Shown here: in pieces, positions 29,427-39,632 of the stretch | Position numbering within the stretch: the stretch's first letter is position 1 | Layout: each line of letters begins with the position of its first letter | Assembly (NCBI GenBank): GCA_965216565.1 | Contig: OZ244170.1 | Span: 1,792,001 to 1,856,000, forward strand | DNA: 64,000 bases | Direction: 5' to 3' | Source: Bythopirellula sp. | Lineage (GTDB): Bacteria > Planctomycetota > Planctomycetia > Pirellulales > Lacipirellulaceae | Notes under the pieces: model-generated | Told to the model about the DNA's origin: nothing | Seen by the model: only the letters and a program-made list of their open reading frames with translations | Databases searched by the model: none | Made by a program: the position numbers and the translations under genes

Positions 29427-31289
29427 ATGACACGAGTTTTTCTGCAAACCGATTCGACAGAATCACAAGCTGTGCTCCCGGTTTTGTTTTACCAGAAGCA
29501 TCAGCGTGTGCTGGCTACTCCTCTTGACACTAAGCTGGAGATTGGGCGCCAGCGTTCCGGCGAGCCGGGACCCCCACGGCGCATCGATCGCGCCGACTCC
29601 GCACGGGTCATCTTGGCCCCGATTGACGACGTCGACGTTTCGCGTTCTCACGTAGCTCTGACGCCGTTGGAAAAAGGCAATCAAATAGAGGTGGAGAATC
29701 TCAGTCGCTCGCAAATCGTCCGTCTCTCACCAGACGAAGTGCTGGAACCCGGCCAAAAGACGATCGTCGAACCGCCTCTGCTTGCTCAGTTTAGTAGCTA
29801 CGCAGTTCGCGTCGAACCGCCTGAAGAAGAAGACGATTTGCAATTGCAGCCTCTCCCCGAGCGGACGTTGCCGCCAGGACGCAAATCAATCGAAGCCGGT
29901 CTAGGTCGACTCAACATCGACACCATGGACGAGAAGTTGCTACTGCGTTGGCTGGAAACGATCCTCGGAGTATTCCAAAGTGCCGCCAATTCGCGAGACT
30001 TCCCCATGCTAGCCGCGCGAGCCTTGGTGAAAATCGTTGGTCTCGATACGGCCGCGATGTTGGAACTCACCGATGATAGCCGCTGGCGCGTGGCCGCGAT
30101 GCACTCGATTGTTGAACAACACAATGAAGACACCTGGGTTCCCAGCCAAACTTTGCTCGGCAGTGTTCGAAAAGAAAAACGCGGTTTTCGACATGTGCCA
30201 GCTAACGTATCGGATACTGCCAAGAGCCTCCAAGATATCAGTGCCCTTGTTGCAGCTCCTATACTAGACGGAAACGGCGAAGTGATCGGCGCGCTATACG
30301 GGGACCGACGTAGCGGGAGCCGATTGGACGATATCCCCGACATCTCGATGTTTGAAGCAAAGCTAGTTGAAGTTCTGGCGAGCGGAATCGCAGCCGGATT
30401 GGCTCGCGTAAAAGAGGAACAAGCGGCGGTAGCTGCCCGCGTGCAGTTCGAGCAATTTTTCACTCCTCAACTTGCAGACGAGTTGGAACAAGACCCTGAA
30501 TTGTTGGAGGGTCGCGACGCGGAAATAACGCTAGTGTTCGCCGACATTCGAGGTTTTAGCGCGATCAGCGAACAACTTGGTCCCGAACTGACGATGACGC
30601 TTATTCAAGACGCAATGGGAACACTCTCAGAATGCGTGCTGGATTGCGATGGTGTCCTCGTTGATTACCTTGGCGATGAAATAATGGCCATGTGGGGTGC
30701 ACCGATTGCCCAAGCCGATCATGCAGAACTCGCTTGTCGGGCTGCGGACAAAATGATGGCTGTCCTTCCCGAACTAAGTGCCCGCTGGCAAGATAAGCTT
30801 GCCAAACCGCTACAGTTAGGCATTGGCATCAACTCGGGTGTCGCGCGCGTTGGGAACACGGGTTCAAGGCAAAAATTCAAGTACGGGCCCCTTGGCGATA
30901 CTGTCAACGTAGCCAGTCGAGTGCAAGGTGCCACAAAGTATCTGGGGGCCGACTGCCTGATCACCGGGACGACGCTTTCAGCCCTAAATTCGCCGCCGCC
31001 CAATCGTCGTCTGGCGAAAGTGCAAGTCGTGAATATCGAGCAGCCAATCGATTTGTATGAGTTGGCCTGCTCGCCACCCTCCACATGGAAGGAGCAATGC
31101 GAGCGTTATCAACAGGCTTTAGAAGCCCTAGAAAACCGCGACATGGGCACAGCGAAGCGTTTGGCCCAAGAATTGGCCTCGGATTTCAACAGCGACACGG
31201 CGGCCGCATCACTCGCACAGCGGGTTGGTGAGGCCCAGAAGGGGGAGCCTGGGTTCGACACGTCGATTTGGTGTTTGCCAGGGAAGTGA
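29427..31289 (+). CDS. Class III nucleotide cyclase with FHA-like and GAF domains
   Basis: IGRQ...VSRSH (FHA-like); VAAPILD...IGALYGD (GAF); FADIRGFS, LGDEIMA and GDTVNVASR (cyclase). Confidence 0.88.
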   Translation: MTRVFLQTDSTESQAVLPVLFYQKHQRVLATPLDTKLEIGRQRSGEPGPPRRIDRADSARVILAPIDDVDVSRSHVALTPLEKGNQIEVENLSRSQIVRLSPDEVLEPGQKTIVEPPLLAQFSSYAVRVEPPEEEDDLQLQPLPERTLPPGRKSIEAGLGRLNIDTMDEKLLLRWLETILGVFQSAANSRDFPMLAARALVKIVGLDTAAMLELTDDSRWRVAAMHSIVEQHNEDTWVPSQTLLGSVRKEKRGFRHVPANVSDTAKSLQDISALVAAPILDGNGEVIGALYGDRRSGSRLDDIPDISMFEAKLVEVLASGIAAGLARVKEEQAAVAARVQFEQFFTPQLADELEQDPELLEGRDAEITLVFADIRGFSAISEQLGPELTMTLIQDAMGTLSECVLDCDGVLVDYLGDEIMAMWGAPIAQADHAELACRAADKMMAVLPELSARWQDKLAKPLQLGIGINSGVARVGNTGSRQKFKYGPLGDTVNVASRVQGATKYLGADCLITGTTLSALNSPPPNRRLAKVQVVNIEQPIDLYELACSPPSTWKEQCERYQQALEALENRDMGTAKRLAQELASDFNSDTAAASLAQRVGEAQKGEPGFDTSIWCLPGK

Positions 31290-31301
31290 ATACCGTTCCA
31301 C

Positions 31302-31330
31302 TTGCCGGGAAGACAAAAGATCGCTATATT
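31302..31330 (+). promoter_or_regulatory. Sigma70-like promoter for tRNA-Asp
   Basis: TTGCCG-17nt-TATATT. Confidence 0.5.
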
Positions 31331-31405
31331 TTCGAGTCTGTTTAGCCGATATTATCGGCACCAGGGCCTATGGGAATCCCTTAGGCATGAAGTGAAATAA
31401 AGTTA

Positions 31406-31479
31406 GGCGCCGTAGCTCAATTGGTTAGAGTACTGGACTGTCGATCCAGTGGTTGCGGGTTCGAGTCCCGTCGGCGTCG
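31406..31479 (+). tRNA. tRNA-Asp(GTC)
   Basis: GGCGCCGTAGCTCAATTGGTTAGAG...CTGGA CTGTCGA TCCAG...GGTTCGAGTCC. Confidence 0.97.
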
Positions 31480-31493
31480 CTTGATGAAAAGCT

Positions 31494-31531
31494 AAGCCTG
31501 CCAGTCACTTAAGACTAGTGGGCTTTCTTTC
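31494..31531 (+). terminator. Probable intrinsic terminator after tRNA-Asp
   Basis: AAGCCTGCCAGTC/GACTAGTGGGCTT stem followed by a T-rich tract. Confidence 0.5.
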
Positions 31532-32295
31532 TGTGAGCATCTAAATCATCGCTGTCTTCTTGTGGTCCTCCGTTGCGTTGTGGAACCACTAGATTCAGGC
31601 CTGAAAGTGCGGCCTGAGTACCAGCCGGAAGTTGGACCTAGTAAGCCTTGCTGGCGTGCTCCTGAGCGTACTTCGCATAGCTGTGGGTGGTGCTCATTGA
31701 GGTAGGGCAGTATCTCAACCGCCTGAATTTTTGGCTATCTGGGGATATAAAAATTGCTGGAAGGTGGTGATGAACGAGCGGAGTTAAACATTAGGAACGG
31801 CATTTCCAAAGAAGGGCTTAGCAATATCGAGAGAGGGCTCTTGACGTAACTTGGCTCTGAGAGAAACGTAATGAAGAGACTGTTTTGTTGCACGATCGTT
31901 CAGGGTGTCTCGATGCTAAACAGACCTAGCATGACTGCCTGCCCACCCGACTAATCTTATGTAATCAAAGTAGGGTCACGCGGCAGGATTTATAAGTGGG
32001 GTCCTCGACTATCTCTTGAGTGGTTGGACCACAGCAAGACAAGTGGAAACTGCGAGTTGATCATTGCCAGCAACCGTCGGATCAATCCCTGTGATTGCGA
32101 ACTGCATTCTCCGTTTTGGATCTATTCGGATAACTAATCTTTCTAGTTAAAGCACCTAACTGCTGGACAGTTGAAACTATACTGAGAACTTGTTTACAGA
32201 ACGACCTCGTGACACCTGCAAGTGTGACTAAAATCAATCGATTAGTGAACCAGTGACCCCTAGGTGGGGAAGGGACTAGGGGCCACTTCTCGTAC

Positions 32296-33738
32296 TCAGT
32301 TCTCAAAACGACGGGCGACACTCAGCAAGACTATTCCTGCGGTCAACAGAAGTAGAGTGCCAGGCTCTGGAATTGTGACTATCTGTCGGATGGTGAAAGA
32401 TGCCATGCCGTCTACGACCCCGTCAATATTGTCGGGGACTTGGATCCCTGCCCAGAATTGTGCCATTTCGCCGGGGAATACGCCAGGATATGCAGGCGGA
32501 TCATCGAACCACCACAATGCATCGGGATCTGCGGGTTCATCTTGCATGGGTGGATTCTTAAAAACGCCAAGCTCCTCAATGGGCGCTGGGTCGGTTTTGA
32601 AAAACATCTGATCGGCTTCATTCGAGCGGACAAAGTTTTCACCGACGCCGGTTCCTATTTCAAAGTGAAAATCAGTCCACTTGAACGGAGTGAAGTTGGT
32701 AACCTTTTTGTCGATCGCTAACATGGCAACCCGGTTTCCGAAGCCATCGTCCATGAATGAGTTTTGATTGACAATCGATATTTCGATATCAAATGGTCCC
32801 AGACTCGTTGCAGTTTCCTCCAAGTCAATCGTGTCGAAACCGAAATGCCCGCCGCTAGTCCCAGGAATGAACGTCTCTCGATCAATGGACCAGTCGCCGT
32901 CGAAATTTCCAATCATCGGAACAGATGTCATCATCTCGATCCAAGGCTTATAAGCGCTAACCCGAGTATGGAAGATTGTGTCGCCATGCGCATCAGCCAC
33001 ATTGCTGGTAGAGGCGGATAGGACACCAGCGATCTGACCGTTCTTAAGCATGGGTCCACCCGAGTCGCCTTGCCCAACTCCGACATCTGTACCATCGCCA
33101 TCAAAATCGGAGATGATGTTGCTGTCGGTCGTGCCCGTGGCCTGACCAGGAACATCTGCCGTGCTGTCAGCTTCATTGTTGCCCCACCGCTTTACGCCAG
33201 AACTGCCATCATTGGTCACGCCCCATCCTACAAGCTGTACATCCATTCCTGCTTCATCCGAATTCATATATAGAGAGAGGGGCGTGATTCCTGTGACATT
33301 TTCCTTGAGCTTGATGATGGCGATGTCATTAGGTAAATCGCTGTTATTGACGAAGTTTTCATGTGTTTTCGCCCTCATGAATGAAAAATCAACTGTCTTC
33401 GTGCTACCAGGATTCATCGGATCAGCAATCTGGAACCTGACATCTCCATTAACTGAGTGAGCTCCCGTTTCGCTAAAGCAGTGCCCCGCTGTCAGTACGT
33501 GCATAGGCGATATCAGCGAGCCAGAGCACAGCGATCCTCCTTCAAAAAAGATGCCTCCCACCGCTGGGAACATAGCACCGGCAGGCGTACCATTGGGGGG
33601 CGTACCAAATGATGATGTGCTAGTGATTGCCTGAACCGGCTGAGCAGTAAGAGACATCATTAGCATTGTTGCCATTGCGATAAGAGCAGTCCAAATCCGC
33701 CACCTATCACAAACGTGTTGTAAGCATGTAGCATTCAT
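32296..33738 (-). CDS. Secreted trypsin-like (S1) serine protease with PEP-CTERM anchor
   Basis: LTAGHC, DIAII and GDSGGP triad; C-terminal IPEPGTLLLL...RR; ATG 33738 with CAGGAG RBS. Confidence 0.9.
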   Translation of the reverse strand: MNATCLQHVCDRWRIWTALIAMATMLMMSLTAQPVQAITSTSSFGTPPNGTPAGAMFPAVGGIFFEGGSLCSGSLISPMHVLTAGHCFSETGAHSVNGDVRFQIADPMNPGSTKTVDFSFMRAKTHENFVNNSDLPNDIAIIKLKENVTGITPLSLYMNSDEAGMDVQLVGWGVTNDGSSGVKRWGNNEADSTADVPGQATGTTDSNIISDFDGDGTDVGVGQGDSGGPMLKNGQIAGVLSASTSNVADAHGDTIFHTRVSAYKPWIEMMTSVPMIGNFDGDWSIDRETFIPGTSGGHFGFDTIDLEETATSLGPFDIEISIVNQNSFMDDGFGNRVAMLAIDKKVTNFTPFKWTDFHFEIGTGVGENFVRSNEADQMFFKTDPAPIEELGVFKNPPMQDEPADPDALWWFDDPPAYPGVFPGEMAQFWAGIQVPDNIDGVVDGMASFTIRQIVTIPEPGTLLLLTAGIVLLSVARRFEN

Positions 33739-33927
33739 TAGTTTCTCCTGAGGGCAATTAAAACGATGCGAAAAAGAGGAGACAATAAACTCTTGAACTC
33801 GCGATCTCTCGTCGGTTACTTCATAAACAAGGTCCTTTCTGCGTGATGCGATTTGCCATTTTCCTGATGCTAAACGCATAAACAAAACAAAGTTCCTGTC
33901 TCCTCAAATCTTTGCCTCTCACGGAAA

Positions 33928-34428
33928 TTACATCGTGTTCCTGCACCGGGTGGCCCAAACAAGCCGATCGAGGACCCAACAAAGTGATCGATGCCGGTTC
34001 AGAAATAATGATCAACGGGTTCACACCATGACACTTAGGAGAGCTCAATTGCGATCTTTTCTGGTCACTGGATAATCGGTTAAGGCGGATTTGTTTCAGG
34101 TGAATTCTGCCGACGGAGGTGCAAAAGCCATTGGCCATCACACTGCCAAGGCCAAAGCTACCAATAGTCGCCGACGCGCCTTTACCCAGCGAATCGCTGG
34201 AGGTGAACAGACCAAAACCTGGAGAGATTGAGCTGGTCGGAGTAGAAGTCGTCAATAAACTGACGATGAAGACAGCATCAGAAAGAGCGATCTTGCCGAG
34301 AAAGGAAATTAGGTCTGTCGCACTCACGAGCGGCCCTCCCTCTTCTCGAAAGGTAGACCCGAGCACTGCGGAGGGCTTTACACCTGCCCTTCCAATAACA
34401 GCAGAACAAGTTGGGGCGAAAAAGTCAA
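33928..34428 (-). pseudogene. Decayed PEP-CTERM protein gene (boundaries approximate)
   Basis: AAGGAG RBS + TTG + hydrophobic leader ending in a stop; downstream frame ends IISEPASITLLG, and a frameshift gives a basic tail LVWATRCRNTM-stop. Confidence 0.45.
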
Positions 34429-34882
34429 GAATCTCCTTGAAACATAGTGGATCACTTCGAATCTGAGGTTTTGAGGCGGTGGGCAGCTAGCCTTAAAGCC
34501 GTTCGCCCAGCTTTTTCTCGGCTTTCTTGCATCTGGCATCAGTTCATCAGATCCTTCGTCTTTGTTCGGTATTGTCCTTCTCCTAAAACGAATGCGAACT
34601 GTTCTTGGACCACAGATTCTCTCTTACTCGACAACGCAAAATAGCAATCAGTACTACGCATTGCTGGCGCACCGTTTACACCATATGCGTCCCGCTAGTG
34701 ACTATTTCTGGCGAAAAGCGCGAACGGCATTCTGCCTGTTTAAGTGGTTGGCTCTTGTCTAGATCCCCGTATTCATCGAGATAAAACGCAATCGGACGCG
34801 TCGGCTTGCAATGAGAGAAAAGAGCACGTAGGGAAACTAAAAAAACAGAGGAAATCGTTGACAATTTGTCGATTCAACCTGC

Positions 34883-34917
34883 CTGTTGATCCAGTGGTTG
34901 CGGGTTTGAGTCCCGTC
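34883..34917 (+). repeat. Partial tRNA-Asp copy (attR-like)
   Basis: CTGTTGATCCAGTGGTTGCGGGTTTGAGTCCCGTC versus tRNA CTGTCGATCCAGTGGTTGCGGGTTCGAGTCCCGTC. Confidence 0.9.
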
Positions 34918-35140
34918 CGGTACTGATCTGCTGAGCGATGCAGACTGGCCTATCTGACTGCGATGTAGCCCAGCAATAAGTTGCATTCTCAGGCAGGTTG
35001 TGCTGCTGCTCATCGAATTGGGTGAGCCAGCCACCTCTTAAGCACACTCAGGACTCGAGCGGACACGCCTATAATCAGGTTTGAGAGAAACTTTGGAGTA
35101 AGTAGTAGTTCTTGAGCCAATGCATCCAGGATTGCGTAAG

Positions 35141-35338
35141 CTACGGCACTACTACTTCGTCGTCTATTGTAGGGGCCTTGCCCATCCACAAGGGCGTAGC
35201 CACAAACCACCCAATTGTGCCGATTAACATTAGGAGCTTGACTTGCCCCAAATCGACACTATCGGTGAGGAATAGCACAGCTGGAATGATAGTAGTCGCC
35301 AGGGCTACGAAGGAAACGAGTTGCAGAATTGTTCTCAT
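35141..35338 (-). CDS. Small two-TM membrane protein, last gene of the rha operon
   Basis: 65 aa, two TMs, WFVATPLWM; co-oriented with the permease. Confidence 0.75.
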   Translation of the reverse strand: MRTILQLVSFVALATTIIPAVLFLTDSVDLGQVKLLMLIGTIGWFVATPLWMGKAPTIDDEVVVP

Positions 35339-35393
35339 AGAATTACTCGTTGAAAGTTTAAAGCGTGTGAAGAGATTTAATCTTGGGGACCTG

Positions 35394-36806
35394 TCATTTC
35401 TGCATAACTTTGCTCAGGCCAGCGTATAAGACTGTGGCCACGAACCAACCGGGGAGGGCGACGAACCAAATCTGAAATGGCTCGAAACCGTTAATCTCTA
35501 TCCCTGAGTAAACGAGCCCTACACATATGCCAAGGGTGACAATCCACGTCAGCCCCGCGGCCCAGTTAATTGATATCCCAGTTCGCTCTGCGTAGTTGGA
35601 CTGGAGCCCCAGCTTCTTAAAAAGCCAGAAATCGGCGAAAACTACGGCACCCATTGGCATCAAGACCAATCCATAAAGTGCAACAAACCCCAACAATTTC
35701 ATAGCGATAGCAGGAAACATACCGGCCACGGTAGCGATCGCCCCAGTAATCAGCGTGACGGCAAATCGTGAACTCTTGGGGACGATAGCCTGGAAGGCCA
35801 GACCCGCGCGGTAGATCGTTGGGTTGGCCGTGGTCCAGCCCGCGATGATCACACAAATCAGTCCGGCGATACCGGCTGCCTCGTAGGCCAGCGGTCCAGG
35901 CAGGACGTCGATATTTTCTGGGTTGTTGTGCAGTTGCAGGGCGTAAAGCACGGAAGCACTTAGCCATGCCATAAAATGCCCTACGTACATGCCTGCAGCG
36001 GTGGCGATACCATACCAAGACTTTTTCGCAAATCGAAAAACAGACAAATCGCTCATGCCAACGTGCATTGCCATGTTGCAGAACCAGGCAAAGAAAGTGA
36101 CGTGCCAGAAGGTGAACTTCACCTGCCCAGGCAACGGATCGCCGCCTTTCCAAATTGTTGTTTTGGCGAGTTCCCACACATCACCGGCACTGGTAACCTC
36201 CGAGCCGGTAGCGAGGATAAACTGCCGTAAGCCAATCAGTCCAAACGCCAGGAAGACCAGCACCATCCATGGAGCGGCGATATTGGCAATTCGCGAAACC
36301 ATCTCATATCCATAGGCGGCAACCACTGAGATCGCAGCACCAACGGCTAACACGGCCAGAACCCATCCGACGCTATTTGGATACACATCATTAAGGCCAG
36401 GCATGGGGAAATCAAACCACACCCCAACCGCTGTTGCCGAAACGGTGATCATCGACCCAGCCAGGAAACAGAACATAATGCCATTGGCAAGGTTATAAAG
36501 GGGTACCAAATCTCGGCCGCAGATTTTTTCTAACTGATAGTACAAAGTGAGTCGACTTCGCACAGCAATTGGCGCGGTGAGCAACATCCAGCTCAACACG
36601 GCCAGAGCATTCCCAACGATCAAACCAACAACGACATCAAAAGCGCTGACGCCGGCAGCCACAAACAGCGGGCCAATCATCAGTTCCGTGCCAGCACAAT
36701 GCTCGCCGGCGTACATACCAATAAAGTTTTTGAACCCCAGCAAAGCGCTCTCGGGGACGGGCTCGCGTTCGTATTCGTTCTGATTGTTGGAGTTCTCGTC
36801 TGACAT
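35394..36806 (-). CDS. Purine-cytosine permease (NCS1)-like transporter in the rhamnose operon
   Basis: About 12 TMs; EYEREPVP N-terminus, DLSVFRFAK and WTTANPTIY motifs. Confidence 0.75.
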   Translation of the reverse strand: MSDENSNNQNEYEREPVPESALLGFKNFIGMYAGEHCAGTELMIGPLFVAAGVSAFDVVVGLIVGNALAVLSWMLLTAPIAVRSRLTLYYQLEKICGRDLVPLYNLANGIMFCFLAGSMITVSATAVGVWFDFPMPGLNDVYPNSVGWVLAVLAVGAAISVVAAYGYEMVSRIANIAAPWMVLVFLAFGLIGLRQFILATGSEVTSAGDVWELAKTTIWKGGDPLPGQVKFTFWHVTFFAWFCNMAMHVGMSDLSVFRFAKKSWYGIATAAGMYVGHFMAWLSASVLYALQLHNNPENIDVLPGPLAYEAAGIAGLICVIIAGWTTANPTIYRAGLAFQAIVPKSSRFAVTLITGAIATVAGMFPAIAMKLLGFVALYGLVLMPMGAVVFADFWLFKKLGLQSNYAERTGISINWAAGLTWIVTLGICVGLVYSGIEINGFEPFQIWFVALPGWFVATVLYAGLSKVMQK

Positions 36807-36843
36807 AGGTCTTCAACGCCTTGTAAAACTTTTTTTGAATAAA

Positions 36844-38100
36844 CTAGCGAGTTAGTAAAACCGACGTTTCGTAGCTTTTCACTTCTTCAAGCCAAGCTGT
36901 ACCTACCGGCACATCTTGCGTGTGACAGTAGTAATCCCAAACAGCACCCGCGGGCAAGCTCTTGGTTTCTTCCAGAAGTGCCAACCTTGCCGTGAGGTCG
37001 CCGGTTGATTCGTATTCCCGCAATTTGTCGATCGGTTCAAGCAATGCCAATAGCATCGCCTTCAGCGTGGCGCGCGTTCCGATGACCCAAGCCGCGATGC
37101 GGTTAATGCTGGCGTCGAAGAAATCGAGCCCCACGTTGACCTGATCTAAATAGTCTCCACGAACAATTTCTTGGGCAATCGCCTCCAGTTCATCAGTAAG
37201 AGTGACAACGTGATCGCTGTCCCAGCGCACCCCACGACTAACATGCAGCAGCAATTCGTCGACCCACTGGAGAACCGACGAGATTTTGTCAGAGATCACC
37301 TCAGTTGGGTGAAAGTGTCCGGCATCGAGGCAAAGCAATTTTTTATTGCGAGTTGCATATCCCAGGTAGAATTCATGCGATCCGACGACATAGCTTTCCG
37401 AGCCGATGCCGAAAAGCTTGCATTCGACGGCATCGCGATTCAACGCAGGATCAATCTCTAGCGAAAAGATCTCGTCCAACGATGCTGCCAACCGTTGTCG
37501 AGGCCCCTTGCGATCCACGGGTGTATCCTTGTAACCGTCTGGTACCCAGAAGTTGGTAATGCAAGCTGTGCCTTGCGCTTTTCCCATGGCAGCACTAATT
37601 TCGCGACAGCGTTTGCCGTGTTCGATCCAGAAATTTCGGATGCTTGGATCCGAGTGCGAAAGCGTAAAGCCATCGGCAGATTTCGGATGAGAAAAATACG
37701 TGGGATTGAAATCCAGCTTGAGGCCTTGGGTTTTTGCCCAATCGATCCACGATTGAAAATGCTCGGAAGACAGTTCATTTCGCTCGACATGACTGCCCCC
37801 AGTTTCCGCATAGCTGGCGTGCAAGCTAAATCGATGGTTGCCGGGGATTAGTGAGATCGCTTTTTCGAAGTCCGATCGCAGTTCGTCGGGCGTGCGAGCC
37901 CGCCCCGGATAATTGCCGGTAACGGCGATTCCTCCGGTGAGATCTCCGTCAGGGTTTTCAAACCCGCCAACATCATCTCCCTGCCAACATTGCATCGAGA
38001 TAGCAATGGTTGCCAATTTCTTAAGAGCAAATTCGACATCCACCCCCAAATTGGCATACTGCTCTTTGGCTAGTTCAAAAGACTTTTCGATTTGAGACAT
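36844..38100 (-). CDS. rhaA: L-rhamnose isomerase
   Basis: [39 protein letters not shown] and VRWDSDH motifs. Confidence 0.97.
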   Translation of the reverse strand: MSQIEKSFELAKEQYANLGVDVEFALKKLATIAISMQCWQGDDVGGFENPDGDLTGGIAVTGNYPGRARTPDELRSDFEKAISLIPGNHRFSLHASYAETGGSHVERNELSSEHFQSWIDWAKTQGLKLDFNPTYFSHPKSADGFTLSHSDPSIRNFWIEHGKRCREISAAMGKAQGTACITNFWVPDGYKDTPVDRKGPRQRLAASLDEIFSLEIDPALNRDAVECKLFGIGSESYVVGSHEFYLGYATRNKKLLCLDAGHFHPTEVISDKISSVLQWVDELLLHVSRGVRWDSDHVVTLTDELEAIAQEIVRGDYLDQVNVGLDFFDASINRIAAWVIGTRATLKAMLLALLEPIDKLREYESTGDLTARLALLEETKSLPAGAVWDYYCHTQDVPVGTAWLEEVKSYETSVLLTR

Positions 38101-38112
38101 GGATTCTCGCTT

Positions 38113-39618
38113 CTAAAATGACTTAGATATTAGATCATTGTAACGGTCGCTAAGTGCCGACATCTCAAGACCATCAGAGGGTTCTACCTGACGGGGCGAA
38201 AATGATTTCGCAACAACGTTGCGGAGTTCACCTACGCCATCGAGTTCCCCACAACCGATGGCTTGAACCAGCACATTGCCAATAGCTGTGGCCTCGATGG
38301 GACCGGCGATTACCAACTTACCTGTTGCCGCACTCGTCAGTTCATTGAGCATCCTATTTTGGATTCCACCGCCAACGAGATGGAGCGATTCGCAAGATCG
38401 ATCCAGAGTTGATTCCAATTGCTGGAGAGTGTGGGCGTAGCATAGCGCTAGGCTTTCAAGACAGCAACGTACCAACTGCCCCGGACTCTCAGGTTCTGGC
38501 TGTTGAGTATTGCGTGCAAAGTGACATATCTTCTGACTAATATTCCCAGGCGTTGCGAACTCGGCATAGTTGGGGTCAATTAAGGTGCGACCCTGTTCCG
38601 CTTGTCGGGCTTGGTCAACGAGTTTGCCGAAGCTGAGTTGGTCGCCATTTCGCTCTAAGTCACGCTGAACTTCCTGAATCAGCCACAGTCCTGCAATGTT
38701 TTTAAGAAACCGTACCGTCCCTCCCACTCCTCGCTCATTGGTAAAAGGAATGCTACGTGCCTGAGCTGAATTAATGGACTGTTCCAGTTCGGCACCTAAC
38801 AATGACCAAGTTCCACTAGAAAGGTAGGCCCAACTTTGGTCGCCAGTTGCCGGCACAGCTGCCACGGCCGAAGCCGTATCGTGTGCGGCTGGAGTGACTA
38901 CCTTAATTTGCTCCGAGGCACCTGCCTCTGCAAGAATCTCAGATCGCAGAGTGCCGACGACGGTGCCAGGCTCAACGATTGGACCTAACATTTCATGAGG
39001 TAGCTTGAGTCTTTCCAAGAGTTCACGATCCCAATCCCCAGTATCGATCGCCAACATACTGCTAGTCGATGCGATGCTTCGCTCGGTAACAATCTCACCG
39101 GAAAGCCAATAGTGAAACAGATCGGGCAAAAACACAAATCGTTCCGCAGCGTCGAATAGCTTTGGCTCCTGCTCGTATCTTGCCGCTACTTGGAACAGGG
39201 TATTGAACGACATCAGTTGAATGCCAGTGCGCTCGTAGAGTAGCTCAAATCCTCCCAGCTTTTTCAAGACTTTTTCACATGCCGAATCGTTTTGCGGATC
39301 GCGGTAACAATGGGGTAACGATAGCAATTCACCGCTTCTGCCGAGCAGTGCCCAGTCGACACCCCAGGTATCGACGCCAACACTCACTAGTTCGACTTTT
39401 TGCTCGCGGCACCAAGCGACGGCTTGGCCCAATCCCTGACGAATATTGCTCCAGATCCCGGTCAAGTCCCACACGGGACCAGTTGGCGTAGGGCACGCAT
39501 GGTGGTGGAAGCGATGCACCTCTTCCAACCCTAAGGTCTCAGCATCCTTATCGAACACCCCAACCATTGCCCGGCCGGAACTGGCGCCTAGATCGATAGC
39601 AAGGTGGGCTATGGACAT
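38113..39618 (-). CDS. rhaB: Rhamnulokinase
   Basis: AIDLGASSGR, DTWGVD, HDTASA, SSGTWSL and FLKNIAGLW motifs. Confidence 0.94.
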   Translation of the reverse strand: MSIAHLAIDLGASSGRAMVGVFDKDAETLGLEEVHRFHHHACPTPTGPVWDLTGIWSNIRQGLGQAVAWCREQKVELVSVGVDTWGVDWALLGRSGELLSLPHCYRDPQNDSACEKVLKKLGGFELLYERTGIQLMSFNTLFQVAARYEQEPKLFDAAERFVFLPDLFHYWLSGEIVTERSIASTSSMLAIDTGDWDRELLERLKLPHEMLGPIVEPGTVVGTLRSEILAEAGASEQIKVVTPAAHDTASAVAAVPATGDQSWAYLSSGTWSLLGAELEQSINSAQARSIPFTNERGVGGTVRFLKNIAGLWLIQEVQRDLERNGDQLSFGKLVDQARQAEQGRTLIDPNYAEFATPGNISQKICHFARNTQQPEPESPGQLVRCCLESLALCYAHTLQQLESTLDRSCESLHLVGGGIQNRMLNELTSAATGKLVIAGPIEATAIGNVLVQAIGCGELDGVGELRNVVAKSFSPRQVEPSDGLEMSALSDRYNDLISKSF

Positions 39619-39632
39619 AATTTGAATTGGTC

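Larger units (their letters stand above)
31438..34917. mobile_element. Degenerate genomic islet integrated at tRNA-Asp (no integrase seen)
   Basis: 35 bp direct repeat 31438-31472 / 34883-34917 (33/35 identical), starting in the anticodon loop. Confidence 0.7.

Noticed and set aside
31530..32290. Integrase remnant next to tRNA-Asp (minus-strand MSTTHSYAK fragment)
   Set aside because: Too short, with no HxLR or LGH motif in frame; a chance match is likely
34119..34466. 115 aa plus-strand ORF
   Set aside because: No recognisable features; better explained as the antisense of the decayed PEP-CTERM gene
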